A stretch of 64,000 nucleotides of DNA from Lama glama (lineage: Eukaryota): positions 20,276,001-20,340,000 of the forward strand of contig CM052817.1 in the NCBI GenBank assembly GCA_028534125.1, written 5' to 3'. A program made the position numbers and the translations under genes. Numbering within the stretch: position 1 is the stretch's first letter; the number at the start of each line of letters is the position of its first letter. A model generated the notes under the pieces. The model searched no databases. It saw nothing but the letters and a program-made list of their open reading frames with translations, and was not told the DNA's origin. Below, one piece after another: positions 1-13,079 of the stretch.

Positions 1-360
1 GTCTAAAGTAGATTTTAATCTAGACACTCAGGATACATAAACCTTTCTCTTAAGCTGTGGCTTAACTGATGTATCTACTGAATGCATGAGGTGAATCCTT
101 AAGACTTTCCGCTTGTGTAGGTCAGAAATGAAATGTCTCTCGAGCTTGTATCCGCTCCCCAGTAGTCCTTTCCCTGGTAGCTGTCTTTTGCCAAGCTTTA
201 TGGAGTCTTAGCTATACACACACATCTTTGTATTCATCCAAGAACACCAAAGGACACTTACACAGATTTACAAGGTTTTTTCATTGTTTTTTCTGACTAG
301 AGCCCTTATTTCCTGAAACTCTAAATCTTTGATTTATCTTTACATAGCTCAGGAAGGTCA
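1..360 (-). mobile_element. Old L1 (L1M-type) 5'UTR fragment
   Basis: Degenerate resemblance to antisense L1M 5' end (e.g. tttccctggtagctgtcttttgccaagctttatggagtct...acacagattt); recalled from memory. Confidence 0.4.
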
Positions 361-480
361 TGTTCTTAATTAAATATGCATTAATGGATATATTTACTTT
401 TCCAATGAAATTTATTCTTTCCTATGTGTTCTTGTTACTAAATAGTGTCCTTTCTTTTCAGCTTAAAAGAAGTGTCTTTA

Positions 481-780
481 ACAAAACAGAAACAGACTCA
501 TAGATATAATAGAAAACAAACTTAAGGTTACTAGTAGGGGAAGGGGGTGGGAAGGGATAAATTGCAAGTTCGATATTTGCAGACACTAAATACTATATAT
601 AAAATAGATAAACAAGTTTCTATAGCACAGGGAACTAAATTCAATATCTTGCAGTAACCTATAATGAAAGAGAACATGAAAACGAATAGATGTATGCATA
701 CTAATAACTGAAACATCATGCTGTACATCAGAAATTGACACAACACTGTAAACTGACTATATTTCAATAATTTTTTTTTT
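481..780 (+). mobile_element. 5'-truncated cetartiodactyl-type L1 3' end, inserted in an older L1
   Basis: Typical 3'UTR motifs acaaaacagaaacagactcatag...tatagcacagggaact...gaaattgacacaacactgtaaactgact...caataa. Flanked by aaaagaagt at 465-473 and 781-789 (TSD). Confidence 0.9.
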
Positions 781-789
781 AAAAGAAGT

Positions 790-1250
790 ACCTTAGTGAT
801 GATGAACTTTAGCTTTTGTTTGTCTGGAAAATTATCTTTCTTTTAATTATGAATGATAACTCTGCAGGCAGAATATTCTTGGTTGGAAGTTGTTTGTATG
901 TTTGTTTTTCCAGCACTTTGAATATATTATGCCACTCCTTTCTGGCCCACAAAGCTTGTGCTAAAAAATCTGCTGGGTGTATAGGGGTTCCCTTCTATAT
1001 AACAAATTGTTTTTCTCTTGCTGCTTCTAATGTTATCTGCTTGTCTTTAATTTTGCTATTTTAATCATAATATATCTTGGTGTGAACGTCTTTGAGCTCT
1101 TTTTTTTTTTTTTTTTTTTTTTTTAATTCTTTGAGCTTCCCAGGTCTAGAAGTTTGTTTCTTTCTCCAAGTCAGGGAGTTTTTCGGTCATTTTTTTCACA
1201 TACAATTTCTGCCCCTTAGTCTCTTTCTTCTACTTTTGGGAGTCCTGTTA
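790..1250 (-). mobile_element. Old L1 ORF1-region fragment (host of the 481-780 insertion)
   Basis: Antisense L1 ORF1-like text: agaatattcttggttgg...cagcactttgaatatattatgccactcctttctggccc...aaatctgctg...tttttctcttgctgct. Confidence 0.75.
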
Positions 1251-1764
1251 TTCTGCATCATTTAAGTGATGCTTAGCTTCCTAGAAAGATGTCAATGATT
1301 GTGATGAAAATATGTTGAAGGACATACATCCAAAATGAATGCAAAATTTAAAGTTCTGAGAATGTGGTAAAAATTAGGTGATGTGTGTTTGCCATTTTTG
1401 AAGTATATGCTAAAGTGAAGGTTGTCGTTCAATTTCATTTTTGACATTTTACACACAATAATACAGACTCAGAACATCCAACCTGTATTTTTTTAACATC
1501 CTGTTCATAATGTGAAGAAATTTGATGTTATAAATCAAAATTAGTATTCTCTCTTCCATTTGTTTCCAGAAAAGCGTTTAGCTAAAAACATACTATGTTT
1601 TCTTTTTCACTTACAAACTAAAAATAAACAGTTTCACTTATTATTCTTAAAACGAAGAATATTACCAGTTTAACTTTGCCTAACCTAGCCTAATATTCAA
1701 GACTGTCCCATATATATCATTTAACTGTTGATATTCACAAGCCCATGTTTCACTTGTATGTATT

Positions 1765-1960
1765 TTTATTTATTTAACAAACACATACTACATATGCCAA
1801 CTGATGACATAGACACTGTTATTTTCCACAATTTCAATGTGAGGAAACTAAGGCATGAAAAGTGACATGCTTGCCCAAGGTCACACAGGTAGTAGTTGGT
1901 AGAGTTAGCAGCTGCATCCCAGCAATCTGGCTGTAAATTAAATCCCCTCAACTACTACAC
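1765..1960 (-). mobile_element. MIR SINE
   Basis: MIR core: tgaggaaactaaggcatgaaaagtgacatgcttgcccaaggtcacacaggtagtagttggtagag. Confidence 0.85.
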
Positions 1961-4789
1961 CACACAGGTATGAACTGTCAATCAACCTCTCAAAGCAATC
2001 TTTGGTTACACAGACACACTCTGACTACGTTCGCATATGGAAGAGAAAAATGAGTAAAAAAGCTGGATGAGTAGTGTTCTCAAAACTTTTTCTAGATTAG
2101 ATGTGTGTGTGTGCTGACCATTCAAGGACACTTTCACAGACATACTGTGGTGTGTTTCAGAAGATGTAAGTTCAGACGTCCATTTATTTCTTAAAAAATG
2201 TATTGAATTCTATCTCTAAAGATATATTCTCTTGCAACGTTTTGTCTTCTCTTCTCTGAGGACTACAAATATTTGTACCTGCTATTCACTTTGTCTATTT
2301 TCTCTATATATAGATGTTTATTTTACATATTTCCTTTTACTCTCTAGACATTATTTGCATATTTATTGTTTTGGGGCAAGGTTAGGCTTTTAAAATGAGT
2401 TTTAATATTTATTTGCCCTACTGGCTATCATATATCTTATTTATTAACAACAAAGTAAAGTATTTGGTGAATTTAAATCTCACAAGTCTCATTTCTGGGC
2501 AATTAAAATTTAATAAAACAAATATTGAAGTACATTTCAACTTAGTCAAAGGTGATTTTAAAACCTTATTTATATTTTGGAAAGTCAATGCATGCTGTTC
2601 TATGTAATAGTGTTTATAAATTTGGATTCTCTTTTTATATGATTAATAATCATTCAATCTTTTTCTTATACAGAGCTAAACTGGAGGGACTATTTGAGAA
2701 GTAGTATTCAAGATAATTTTATTTTATCAATTTTATGAAATATTTAAAATTATAAATACTAGATATTTTCTGAATTTATAATACTCAAAGCTTTCATTTT
2801 ATTTTTATTCAAAATTAATTGATTACAATACTTACTTATTCAAAATCAATATTCTCTAATTTCCACCTTGTTTTTCATATCTACTTCATATATATATATA
2901 TAATATATATATATATATATTAGTCTTTCCTCATTAATCTGTGACTTTAAATTTATAGTCATTTACGTTGCCTATTACTTCACCCAATTTGTCATCAACC
3001 TTCTGTCATCTCTGATGGATATAAGTGTTTTATTTAAAGTGGTGAATTTTAAAGAAAAAGACTAAATGGTGTAAAAAGGTTCTGCCATAAAATTTTGTTG
3101 ACGTTTTTCCCCTTGTTATTTTGTAGTTGTGTAGTTTTTTTTTTTGCTAACTTAACATGCAATATAAGTCTCAACTTCTGTTTCAATTTAACATTCAGGA
3201 TCACTGATATTCTTTCAAATACTCATACTGATAATGTTGGAATTTCAAAAATATTTTTTACATGTTAGCAATATATCTTCTATAAATGGTAACAATGAAG
3301 CATATACTATGTGCATAGGGTTTAAACTTTGCATATGCAGAGCTTACAAGTGAAAAATTAATGTCATGTATGGAAGTAAGTAGCAGAATTAATAAGTTTC
3401 ATCAGAAATATTAAAAAAAGAATCTCAGATTAGAAGTCTCCATGACCTTTAGTCAAAACACCCTACTAATTTAGGCCTCTGCTCGAATACTACTTTTGCT
3501 GAGAAGCCGATTGCCTCTTTACCGACTTTTCCTTGACCAGCTTTCAAGAAAATGGTCATGGAGCAATACTGTCAAAATGGCAATGAACAGGATTCAGAAC
3601 TACAAAGACTATCAAGAGCCAAAGCTTGGAAAGCCGACTTTTATCTCTGGATCAATTGTTCATTAGCAAATGTGTCAGAAAACATCCCTCCACCGGATAA
3701 AGCTCTTCAGTGAAATTGTCTGCCAGGAAATTCTCACTGTGTTTTTATTGTAGTCATCCATTCTTATCACCCTTGGTTTATTTCTCTTGAAACAATGATT
3801 TAAAACTCATGTAGCAGTGTCTTCAATTGAAAAGGTCTTCATTCCCCTTGGGACCAAAAATAGGACCTCAGACCATGTCAGGCTAAATTATGTAGTCACA
3901 CTATTAAACATCCCAGAATGACCATTGTGAAACATAATTTGACTTGATTAAGCATAAATATCAAAGTTGTGCACAGATATCAACTCTTACAGGGAAAGCC
4001 TTATTTACAATTTTTTCTAACCAATCATCAAACAGCAGAATCTCACAAAAACCTTCAGTATACAATCCCTTTTATTATCAAATTCTCCAGATTAATCTAA
4101 CAAAATTACTTTTCCCATTGCCCTATCTTACATTTGTTCAATTGTTGTCTTGAACTGTTTATGACAAAAGCTGAAGGTATCTGATCTCTTATTTTAATCA
4201 TTTTATTTTTTTAACTAATTTTATTTTCAAATTCCACAGAAACACAAAGACCATAAGGAAGTATCAAGAACAAAAAAGTTCACTAGCAAATTGCAAAATC
4301 AATAGTTCAAGAAGTTACTGGTTTTTTTTTTCTTTTCTCATAATGTAGTCATTGCATATGTAAATTGTCTGCAGATGCGCTCCTCTCTGAAAAATGGTAA
4401 TGCTAAAATTTTTAAATATGTGTTTTGGATGGAATTACGATCTTGAAAGGTCCTTTGTGAATATCAAGTGTCTAGCTTGCTGAATGTAAATCCATAGGAG
4501 TAGTTTTTGAGGATTACTGTGAAACACACAAACTGAAAATGAGGTTTACGTTTATTTATTTTACATTACTTAAAAAAAAAGTTTGGCAAGTGAGTATGTT
4601 AAAAGGATGTGTTGTGGGTCTGGTGAGAAGAGAGAAGAAAGGTCAGAACCAGATGGATTCAGTCACAAGGAGCAAGTAGCACATCTTTAGTTGTCATATG
4701 GTAATTCAACTTTTTTACTACTATAGGCAAGAGAGGATAACCTGGATATTTTCTCACATTATTTTACCAGTCTAAATTACTACACTGTG

Positions 4790-4975
4790 ACAGGTCTTAC
4801 AACTAGTCAGGTACCTGTGCAGGAATTGATCATGCGGCCCCTACTCCTTGTGTGCACAGCCTTCTCCCCACAATAAAAGACCCTTGGTGCTCACCCAGGC
4901 ACCTCTCGCCTATGTGGCCTATAGCAGCGTACCTATTAAACTTTCCTAAACTCTTAAAAAATAAATATAAATAAA
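4790..4975 (+). mobile_element. Short retroposed insert with LTR-like body, A-rich tail and TSD
   Basis: TSD taaattactacactgtg (4773-4789) vs taaatgaccacactgtg (4976-4992), 15/17 identical. ATTAAA at 4935-4940, A-rich tail from ~4956. Confidence 0.75.
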
Positions 4976-5771
4976 TAAATGACCACACTGTGTTACTTAC
5001 TCAGTCACAGTGCTTTTGACAGCAACAAGGCTCTACCACTTACTTTTGAATAGAACACTTTGTAATCCAGAACTGTTAGCAAAGGCCATAGTAACAGACC
5101 AAAGCTTCATTTTAAATCAGCTCCTTTTGTAATGTTTCTACAGTTAATTATCATCTAAATAAATTTGGACAAAGAAATCCATATTTCCAACATGGCTAAA
5201 TCTTAATCATTGGCTAAAAACCATATTATTAATAGATATATATGACAGAGGAAAATAGTAGCTGAAGAAAACAATAAAAATTATTGTTGGTAAAATGAAT
5301 CCAAATAAATATTTGATTCAGAATATTATCAGTAATTCAATAGGAAATGTTTGATTTATATCAGTAGTTACAAAAGGTGAATTGCATCTAAGATTCTTCT
5401 AAACAGACCAACAATTATTTTCAATTAGGTTATGGTTACATGAGAGGCTGTAATAATAAAAATAAAAATATGAGATTTCCACTTATTTTTATCTGAGCTG
5501 TTAAAATGCTCCATTATTTAAATTTAAATCAAAATTTTACAATTGGGTGAATATTTTATTCGAAAGACTGTGATAGTAAAAATAATCAGACAGTTTTGTG
5601 GAGGTTTAAATATTAGAACTGCAGCTTATATAGCAAAATCTATCCAATACATTCTTGTATCATAGTAGATCATGCATTCAATGAGTTTTATTTCAGAATT
5701 AAAGTATTTTAACTTAAAATGAAGTATCCATAATTATTTGTATCTTTATTCACAAATATCCCACATAAATT

Positions 5772-6143
5772 TCTTATGAAATGACTCGTGTCCCCTCTAA
5801 ATTTATATATTGAAGCCCTAACCTCCAATGTGGCTGTATTTGGAGACAGTGCCTACAGAGAGGTAATTAAGGTTAAAAGAGGTCATAAGAGTGGATCCTT
5901 AATCCAATATGATTGGTGTCCTTCTAAGAAGATAAGAAGAGGAAGAAACACCAGGAATGTGTGACAGAGGAAAGACCAATTGAAGACATAATGAGAAGGT
6001 GGTCATCTCTCTGTCATGGAGGGAGCCCTCCTGACACCTTTATCTTGGACTTTCAGCCCCAGAACTGGGAGAAAATAAATTTCCATCATTTAAGCCACTC
6101 AGTTCATAGTATTCTGTCACAGCAATGCTAGAAAGCAAATACA
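5772..6143 (+). mobile_element. MaLR solo LTR (MLT1A/MST-like)
   Basis: gaagccctaacctccaatgtggctgtatttggagac...aattaaggttaaa...atcttggactttcagccccagaactgggagaaaataaatttc...aataca. Perfect 5-bp TSD aaatt (5767-5771, 6144-6148). Confidence 0.9.
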
Positions 6144-6639
6144 AAATTCTAAAGGCAAGTTTTGTAACTTTGCTAAATAAGTTTTGGGACAAGGCAAACA
6201 ATACTATAGAAATCTGTAATTTCGTACTTTCTCCTGAAAGTTCAAAACATGTATTTACCTGAAACCTTAATTGGATTAAATTTAATTCAAAATAAATGGC
6301 TGAGATGGGGAAGCCTGATGTTTTGATTCATTCTTCAAAAATGCAGCAGGCTGAGGTATGGGAAATACTGGACAATAACAGAGTTCTATACGTATTATCA
6401 GGGTTGGAAAGTAGAATGCAGGAAAACTTAAAATCACGTGTATGTAGTTCTGAGAGATATCCGTTCCTGTTAGGACAGCGACTGGTTTGTATGTAAGGAG
6501 GAGAACTGGTCTGGGAAAACATAAGCATCTAAACAGGATATCAGTAATTTAGATAAACTAATCAGAAACAGACCTCAGGGCCAAGCAGCACAGGAGGCTT
6601 TGCAGTAAGCTGGGTTGGGCCAGGTTGAACAGCAGGATC

Positions 6640-7150
6640 CATTCCTACTACCTTAGGGTGCTTTTCTGCACTGCAAGAGCAGAATGCTGAATACTTTTCC
6701 AACATTTCCATGCTCATACTGGATGCAAATCAGGTCCTATCAGTTAGATGTACTTATATAAGTCTTTTTAAGGGGATGATTGAAAGGAGGCCTTTCTGCT
6801 AATGTTTGCTGGTTTGCTGTTATTGTAATCAAGTTGTGAGGTTGTGATTTTGTTCTGTGGCTGTGTTCTTAGAATCCATTTAACAGCTTCATTGGCATTT
6901 AAGTAGAGTTTTGGGGTGGCAGCTCCTTCCCGATTCATCAAGACAGTATGTCAGACTCAGTGGTTCAGTGGTGGCCTCCTAATTTTTCACTTTTCTGATT
7001 GTGTCAGAGGTCAACCCTTGGTTGATCAATTTGGTATGTAACGGGTCTACAGTATAGCTCAGAGCCTACTCTTACAATATTTCTCTGGATTAAATCCCAT
7101 TCTGCTCCTAATATTTAGTGCATTCTGAGTGTTAGAGAAACCAAGAATAA
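6640..7150 (+). mobile_element. Highly degenerate ERVL-type solo LTR (LTR33-like)
   Basis: Resemblance at both ends (cttagggtgcttttctgcactgca...; taaatcccattctgct...ttctgagt...accaagaa); family assignment uncertain. Confidence 0.35.
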
Positions 7151-7878
7151 ACCACCAATTTTCTGTACTGAATTAATTTTATTGTTGTTTGAAAGTAGTA
7201 TGCTATCCAAACTCTAAATCTGATTTAATAGAAAATGTATACAATTGTAGCCCATAGATATCTCCAAATGTACATATGAGTAGGTCAACATAACTATCCC
7301 TCAAACATGAAAATGCCTCTAATTTCACACTTTAGGTTTCTTTTTTCCTTAATCTACAGATACTTTCTTACTTTTACTCCACCTTCTCAATGTCATATAC
7401 ATTTATTGGATTATCATGATTAATAATCTAGCAGAAACAAAAACTATTTTGTCAACAAAGGGATATCATTGATTTCATTACCAATGAGACAAAAATTGAG
7501 TCAGCACATAACCACAAATGTACATACACAGAAGGTATTAAAACTTATTTTCGCATACCTAGTAACAATAGGAAAAGTTTATGAAAGAAAAGTTATACTA
7601 TTCTTTGAGAATTTTATTCAATTTGATTACCTCCCTTCTTTCCTCAGAGCCTAAAACTACATTGAGCTACAAACCCTTGGCCTAAGAATATTTACCTGAG
7701 CTATATCTTAAGAAATCTTTTAAACAACGTTTCTTAAAATTATTTTATTTAACGGGAAGGGTACTGACAGGGAGAGAGGAAAAACTTGAGTTTTCATGGC
7801 TGTAGCATTAACTAATGAAGAGCATTTCATTAGATCCCTCTGGGACTTAGGTTACAACCAATTAAAAATCAGAGGTGA

Positions 7879-8213
7879 ATGATACAAATTCTATTTACAA
7901 ACCAAAAACAGACTCATGGACATAGAAAACAAATGATGGTTACCAAAGGGGAAAGGGTGGAGAGGGATAAATTAGGGGTTGGGGACTAACAGACACACAT
8001 TACTATATACAAAACAGATAAACAACAAGGACCTACTGTATAGCACAGGGAACTATATTCAATGTCTTGTAATAACATATAATGGAAAGGAATCTGAAAA
8101 GAAAAAAAAATATATATATATATATGTATGTATGTATCTGTATAACTGAATCACTTTGCTATACACCTGAAACTAACATCATAAATCAACTACACTTCAA
8201 TAATTTTTTTTTT
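7879..8213 (+). mobile_element. 5'-truncated cetartiodactyl-type L1 3' end
   Basis: acagactcatggacatagaaaacaaa...aacaaggacctactgtatagcacagggaactatattcaat...ataactgaatcactttgct. TSD aaaatcagaggtga (7865-7878) vs aaaatcaggggtga (8214-8227). Confidence 0.92.
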
Positions 8214-9849
8214 AAAATCAGGGGTGACCTAAATAATCCCTACAACTTCCTCTAGGTCTAAGATATGAGGTTTCCCTTCTGGCTATACTATTCCATGAAG
8301 AAGTATTTAAACAGAGTGTTTAAAATGGACTGTTAAATTACAGAAGGAAAAACGCTAAATTAGAACCTATTAATTAAATACATAGAGAAGATATAAGGTA
8401 TTTCCCAAAGGAGAATCCATAATTTAAAGCATATTTAATTAACATAATACCACAAACCATCAATAAATATTATGAAAGGTACGTCTCTCTCCAGCATGCC
8501 TACTACCCTCACATATGGCTTGCTACAGTCCCCTGGGAGAAATGCTAGCACATATTGTCCTAAATCTTAAAAATATACTTATCTAGAAGGCTGTGGGTGT
8601 TTTTTTTTCCTCTCTTAAAAGAGAAAAAAGTGAAAACATCTGGAAGTTATAATTTTCAAGGTGATTTTTAGAGAAGCACAAGAATGAAGAAATTTTGCCT
8701 GTTCAAAGGTATGATCTTTGTGATAGCAAATTATCCCTAGGATATTTACTTTTATTAAAACCCGTGGCTTCACTTTCTTAGTATCTGGAGGGCTAAGACT
8801 GTTAGATGGTAGGAGAAGACAGCAATGGCAAGAACATCTTAGAATTTATCATCATTTTATCTAAAAGGCCTTTATTTTCCTTGAATTTATTGCACACATG
8901 AAACGGGAAAGAAAAAGTCTATGAGAAAAGCCTTACAGTTCAAATTTCATGATACAATTTACAAATTAATTTCTTTAATTACCGGAATCCATCTATTACT
9001 GTAACTCGGTTCTCTCAAGTGCATTGAACAGTGCATGGAAAGGTGCCTTACCAATAGGATGTGATGGTTTCTTCCTTAGGCTAGGCTATACACAAATTCT
9101 TCATGAAAAGAACAATTTTAGGTATATTTGTAAATGTCTGGAATTTGAGAAAAATAGTTCTTTAAACATTGTTTACACTGAAATCAGTTTGACCACTTGT
9201 CTAATAACCACCCTAGTCAACTGGGGCATTGAATACAATGATTGATACAATGACTTGACCAGCTGTGTGACTGTAACTGAACTAACCAAAAAAAAAATAA
9301 TTGACTTAATATGACATATGTGCTGTCTCACTGCTGTGGAATTAAAAGTTCCACTATTTTCTTAATGCTCTGAGAAGTCTCTGACCTCCTCTGCTCTACA
9401 AGACAGCACCCTCAACAACGAAAGAGGCTAGATGCATCATAATGTTGGAAAACTCAAATACATCAGTGCACTGTCAACACAAACAAATACTTACAGAGAA
9501 GTAGAACTGACAAATCCAGCTTCCTGCAACTTTCTATAATGAAAACTAGGGGAAATTCCAAAGAAACTGGAAAACAGGTCGTGGGTTAATGATTCAGAGT
9601 TAATTATTTTCTTTGCACAAAGACTATCTACATAGTATGGTACTTTTGAATACTAGGGAGCTGAAAGACAGAGTTTCCAAGCCAAGAAGGTTTTTAAATA
9701 CAAGGAGTGTAGAGGTATTGGATAGCCTTGTTAGTATTTGCCTTGTGTAGCGATAAATCACACACACACACTCAGCAGCACAGAGGAAAGCACACTGGCT
9801 TCGGGTCTAACAGAGCCCCTCATCACATTTCAACCTTTTTTTTACTGCA

Positions 9850-10020
9850 ATTTGACCCCATAACAAATCATGCGTGGTATAAAGGTAGGATGTCTTCCTC
9901 ACATGAGATAAGGAAACTCACACACAGAATAAACAAGTGACTTGCCAATGATCACATAAGTAATAAATATCAGAGTTAGGACTAGTACCCAGATGTTCTT
10001 ACTCTTAATTCATTGCTTTT
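9850..10020 (-). mobile_element. MIR SINE fragment
   Basis: agataaggaaactcacacacaga...aagtgacttgccaatgatcacata...cagagttaggactagtacccag. Confidence 0.7.
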
Positions 10021-10049
10021 ATTTCTATTACACAATATTAAATCTTACA

Positions 10050-10600
10050 TATTTCAGTTGCAAATGACCAAAGTGTCAACGGTAACAAAAATAAGCCCCA
10101 TGCCCCAGATGAAGGTAAATGGAAGACTTATTGGTTTTACACCATCAGGAGGTCCAGAGGTAGAGAGAGGTGACTTCAGGTATTGCTGGGTCCAAAAATT
10201 CAAAACAATAATCTGCTTGGGTATACAACCTCTCTCTGACTCACTCCCTCTCTCATCATATTTACTGGCTCTTCCTCCTTTCTTTCTTCCTCTGATTCTG
10301 TCCCTATATTGGCTTCATTCTTTCTTACTTCAGATAAGGTCTCTTTATCTTCCTACAATGATAATAATTTCAAAGTAATATTTTATTCTTTCCAGGTCTG
10401 TGATTCTCCTCCATTTCTTCTTCTTTCTCCTTCTTCTCTGTCACTGTTTCTGATCCCTGACTTGGATCACAGATCAATCTGCAGACTCATCATTGCTTCC
10501 AGGGCTCTGAGGCACTTTTATTTCCCAGACCTGAGTCATATTTAATCTCCCAGCTGAAGATAATTTGACCAGCAGTCTTTTGGAAATTACATGAGGAGGT
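10050..10600 (-). mobile_element. Old MaLR LTR fragment (MLT1J/K/L-like)
   Basis: tttcagttgcaaatgac...ttattggtt...gtccagaggtag...gacttcaggtattgctgggtcca resembles antisense old MLT1. Confidence 0.45.
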
Positions 10601-10610
10601 TAGGTGACTC

Positions 10611-10857
10611 TGTCCAGTCTGAGGCTATCTAAGGTCTTGGTCTCTCTTCAGCAAGGACTCTGTTAGGTCAGTTTAGCAAGAGCTCTCTACCCTTGATGAC
10701 TCCTCTTAGAAGTTTTCCATCATCTGACCCCTTCACTCTGCTCTTTGGCTATAAATCACCACTTGTCTTTGCCGTATTTGGAATTGAGCCTGATCTCTCT
10801 CCCTTATTGCAACAGTCTTGAATAAAGTCTAAATTTACCATTTTAGCAAGTGTAACA
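10611..10857 (+). mobile_element. ERV1-class solo LTR (MER31/MER34-like)
   Basis: TG...CA termini, TATAAA at 10750-10755, AATAAA at 10821-10826, and motif ggaattgagcctgatctctctccc...gtcttgaataaagtc. Confidence 0.7.
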
Positions 10858-10959
10858 CACAGTCATATAGAAACAATCATATATAAAACAAAATCCTAAC
10901 TGCAACACTTAAGAATCATCTTGTTTTCATTCACTAATTTAAAACATCTGAATCTCTTC

Positions 10960-11950
10960 CACCATTCATTCCAATCACTCACTTACACTCTAGTTACTGC
11001 AAGCTGCTTAAGACATCACCATGTGTCCTATTTTTTGCAGTACCCAGAAAGGCAGTGCAGGAGATTTAACAACACAAACACACTGGACAAACAATCATAT
11101 ATAAAACCAAATCCCTGCCCTTGAGGAGCTTACACTGTTACAAAGGAGACTGGAAATAAATAAACGTACAGGTTAGTACAGTGTCAAGCGGAAACGAGTG
11201 CTATAATCAAAATAAAGCATGCTAGAGAGAGAGAGCATTGGGAGTGTGAGTATAGCTCAGAAACATTGGGGAGAGCCTTCTGAAAAGCTGACATATAAGC
11301 AGAAACTTGTCTGAAATGAGAAGAGCAAAAATTGTAAATATTTCAGGAAAGACAGTCCAAGGCTTAGTATCAAAATTGGCAAGGCCTTGAGGTGGGTGAG
11401 TACCACAGAAGTTCAAAGGGTAGCAAGAAGATCAGTGTGGCTGCAGTGGAGTGAGCAAAGAAGTCAAGAGGAGAAGATGAAAAACAGAAATGTAGACAGA
11501 AGCAGGTGACACAAGGTATTTTCAGTTAAAGGAAGGACTTTGAACATAGTGCATGTGCTTTGTGAAACCATTAGCATGTATGAGGATGTTCTGGTGGGAT
11601 GAGATGTCATCAAGAATTCACAATCCTCATGTCACACTGGACAAACTGTGTGGGGCCAAGAGTTGAAACGAGAAGCGTTGTGTGAAAGGGGAGCAGTCAG
11701 AAAGTTGCTGCAACACTCCAGGCAGGAAAAGAGGGTGACATGAACTAGTGAAGCAACACAGGGCTAGTTAAAAAGGTCCAATTCAAGAGTTTTACAACTC
11801 AGAAGCAGTAATATTGGTTGATAGATTGTATGAGGGGCATAAACAGATTGTGTCTGTTAAATGTGATTCCAGGTTTTGGTCGGAATTACTGAAGTATAAT
11901 GTGGCCTCATTCACTAAAATGGTGATTGACAGAGAAGATTTTGGAAAAAA
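10960..11950 (-). mobile_element. L2 LINE 3' fragment
   Basis: cattcatt start, aaatccctgcccttgaggagcttacact, caaggccttgaggtggg, cagtgtggctgcagtggagtgagcaa are typical antisense L2 motifs. Confidence 0.75.
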
Positions 11951-13079
11951 AAGTCAAGATTAGAAGACACAAAATGCTGTTACTATTTTAAAAAGATCGA
12001 TTTCCATAGGCAACTTTGTGTGTATTGGAAACAGCAGCACACCCTCTGGGAAGGCTCAGTTCCCACACTAGGCTACCAAGCGGAGCTAAAAGAATTCCAG
12101 CTGAATTGTAGCTCCCAGAAACCCCTTTGCCTGAGCTCCTTTGTGTAGCACCTGAGCTGCACAATCATAGAAGACAACCCTGCAGGTCTCTACCCAAACT
12201 TAGACAAAAAATTAACATCTTTGGTGTGACCATCATTACTGATAAAGCAGAAACAGTATTCTCCCATGAGGTAAATAATAAACGTAAGAGATTAATGTAA
12301 ATATGAAATTCATCTGATCCATTGAAAAATTACACATTTCCCCTGCTTTTAATAACGTTTGGTATTTTGGAAAAAAATAAACTATAGCTCTTTGTGTTTA
12401 CTTGGATAATCTTAGTATGCAAATATCTGAATGTTCCTGTATTACCTGGTTCAGTCAGAAAATTTGAGTTGTGTGATGTGGTCACTTTGGGTATTATTTT
12501 TGTAGAAAATAAAATTTAAAAAATTTTTAATCCAGTATATCATTGGACTTAAAGGAATTGAAACTTGCTTAATGTTTAGAGATAAGTAGCAAAACTTTCT
12601 TGTGCACCCTCTAATAATGGAACTCTGTTATGCACTTGGACAGTTACAAATTATAATAATTATGTTATTTTGCTTGAATTGATACAAGGTAATATAAAAT
12701 GAATTTTTGTTAAAGTAATATTCAGGTTTATGTGGCCTTAACCAAAGTTTTAAAAATATTTTTATATATAGTAAGCAGCCTTAAATATTTTTATACACAG
12801 AAGTAACCTTATTCCAGGCAACAACTGCTACCTACAACAAATATGTTAGTTTCTAGTTTTACCGTATTTTTGCTGTTCCAATATGGGGGCAGTTGATTCA
12901 CTTCTGATGTGGCAACTTTATGTATAATAGATTATGCAAAGCAAGATCTATTTCTGATGAAAGAACAAGAAAAACACTCCAAGAAGATGATATTTAGTAA
13001 AACTTTTGTTCAAATGAACATGCTTTAAGAGGAAATTTCATTTTTAGTTTCCCTGAATCAAGATGGATGATGGAAAAGG

